64,000 nucleotides of DNA. Origin: Bacilli bacterium. GTDB lineage: Bacteria > Bacillota_I > Bacilli_A > RF39 > UBA660. The translations under genes and the position numbers were made by a program. This document shows, piece by piece, positions 63,601-64,000 of this stretch. The notes beneath the pieces are model-generated. The model saw only the letters and a program-made list of their open reading frames with translations, made no database searches and was not told where the DNA came from. The DNA lies in the NCBI GenBank assembly GCA_016295795.1, contig JAEDKN010000001.1, forward strand, positions 6,845-70,844. The letters run 5' to 3'. Position 1 is the stretch's first letter. Each line of letters starts with the position of its first letter.

Positions 63601-63955
63601 TGATTCTTTTGATATGCTAAATGAAGTAAAAAATGAAATAGAGGATAGATTTGGCAAATTAAATGAAGATATAATAATATATATGTATGAAGAATGGTTT
63701 GAAGCCCTTGCAAAAAATCTAAATGTATCTAAGGTAAACCAAACATCTCGATTTATTGAAATATATTTTGATAAGGCAACATCAAATAGAATTGATGGTG
63801 AAGAATTATTTACTTCAGCCATTAAAATTTCAAATGAATTTAGATTTCAATATAAAAATGATGTATTAAAAATTATACTAAATATAACTAATTTAGAAAA
63901 ACATTATATATATTATTTAACTGAATTATTAAGTAATATAAAATTAAAAGATTAG
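60647..63955 (+). CDS. mfd: Transcription-repair coupling factor Mfd
   Basis: At 1102 aa with an SF2 helicase core (LLCGDVGYGKTEVA, DEEQRFG), a TRG motif, and a C-terminal D7 domain. It is immediately downstream of pth. Confidence 0.96.
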   Translation: MNDILNKIIPIDNTKNIGLCGMTNEFFCAYVNRLFLEKSQNILILTSSLYEANKIFSSLEKYNNSVLLFPMDDFLTSESIAISPELKTVRLDTLNKLSNETPHIVVTHLNAYLRYLPNSKTYIKSEISLKTGDIYCRDDLIEKLLNIGYKKETIVTNTGEVGIRGFLVDVYPINSENPVRIEYFDDEIDSIREFDSETQKSLREINNVTIAPNTEFLTDENIYIDYITKSQKFLPDYNKNVVNINDYLNNPLVIMKDYSQIKISYQKLIDDIFQYKNLKDEKYTGEYMFSLDKVMVDDFIYYNTIDNYFENLPKNNIYNYNVKTVPMFSENIELINDYLKKQLLDKKTIIIYLKGFQIKSFVKYLKHKYVITNDEEIYERQINIIEKDLNEGFIYGNYVFLTPKELFGRKTETKYKSRFKYTSKIKSLSNLEIGDYVVHASSGIGIYNGIKTLTQSGLKKDYLEILYAGTDKLYIPVEKIELIGKYTGKEGIRAKINKLGSSEWQNTKLRVRNKVNDIAKKLLELYAKRNMQMGFAFEKDNELQTMFESEFEFEETPDQLRAIEIIKQDMESNKPMDRLLCGDVGYGKTEVAFRAIFKAVNNSKQVLYLCPTTILSNQQYEKAKIRFSNYPVNLALLNRFTSSKETKRIINDLASGKIDVLFGTHRLLSKDIKPKDLGFLVIDEEQRFGVSHKEMIKEYKENIDVLTLTATPIPRTLQMSLAGIRSLSLIETPPVDRYPIQTYVIEENKALVRDAIYKELARGGQIFVLYNNVAKIENKVNEIKQLVPDSKVIFAHGQLNKVELEDRMNAFINREYDIMVCTTIIETGIDINNVNTLIIYNADHFGLSQLYQIRGRVGRSNKIAYAYLMYSKDKILNETAIKRLNAIKEFTELGSGFSIASRDLSIRGAGDILGSEQAGFIDSIGIDLYLKILNEEVNKLKGVKIDSDKDEKISNNLLNVSTHISDNYVEEGELKIEIHRLINKVDSFDMLNEVKNEIEDRFGKLNEDIIIYMYEEWFEALAKNLNVSKVNQTSRFIEIYFDKATSNRIDGEELFTSAIKISNEFRFQYKNDVLKIILNITNLEKHYIYYLTELLSNIKLKD

Positions 63956-64000
63956 GTACATTTCTTGACTGTTTTCGATATATTTGTTAATATTTATTTA

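Overview
This is a low-GC (about 27% by eye) chromosomal window from a spore-forming Firmicute, and it spans the replication origin. On the minus strand, reading right to left, the order is rpmH-rnpA-yidC-jag-mnmE-mnmG-rsmG-noc-soj-spo0J-DUF951-abgT-ychF-rpsF-ssb-rpsR, followed by ftsH, tilS, yabP/yabQ, spoVG, veg, yabG, rsmA, dnaB, rplI, walJ-rlmH, prfA-prmC-spoIIR, murA and spoIIID-mbl. On the plus strand the order is oriC-dnaA-dnaN-(comK-like)-recF-gyrB-gyrA-ffs-tadA-dnaX-ybaB-recR-bofA-holB-ricT-yabB-rsmI-pth-mfd. Gene order is strongly Bacillus subtilis-like. An RNAP delta subunit (rpoE) and a Noc paralogue point to Bacilli or Erysipelotrichia. I see no mobile elements, CRISPR arrays, rRNA or tRNA. 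Three things missed by the ORF track are present: rpmH, a 59-aa bofA, and a small SRP RNA with its own promoter. The most unusual signal is a perfect palindrome, ATTTCCCGGGAAAT, present five times (upstream of mnmG, in tandem upstream of ffs, inside dnaX, and 20 bp upstream of pth). CCCGGG should essentially never occur by chance in this composition. Other observations are a ComK-family gene where yaaA normally sits, a Noc with a 200-aa disordered C-terminal tail, an FtsH with a Rho_N-like C-terminal appendix, shared-core palindromic terminators around ffs-tadA, and an inverted DnaA-box pair downstream of rlmH. I could run no database searches; all calls rest on motif recognition, synteny and reading the sequence.
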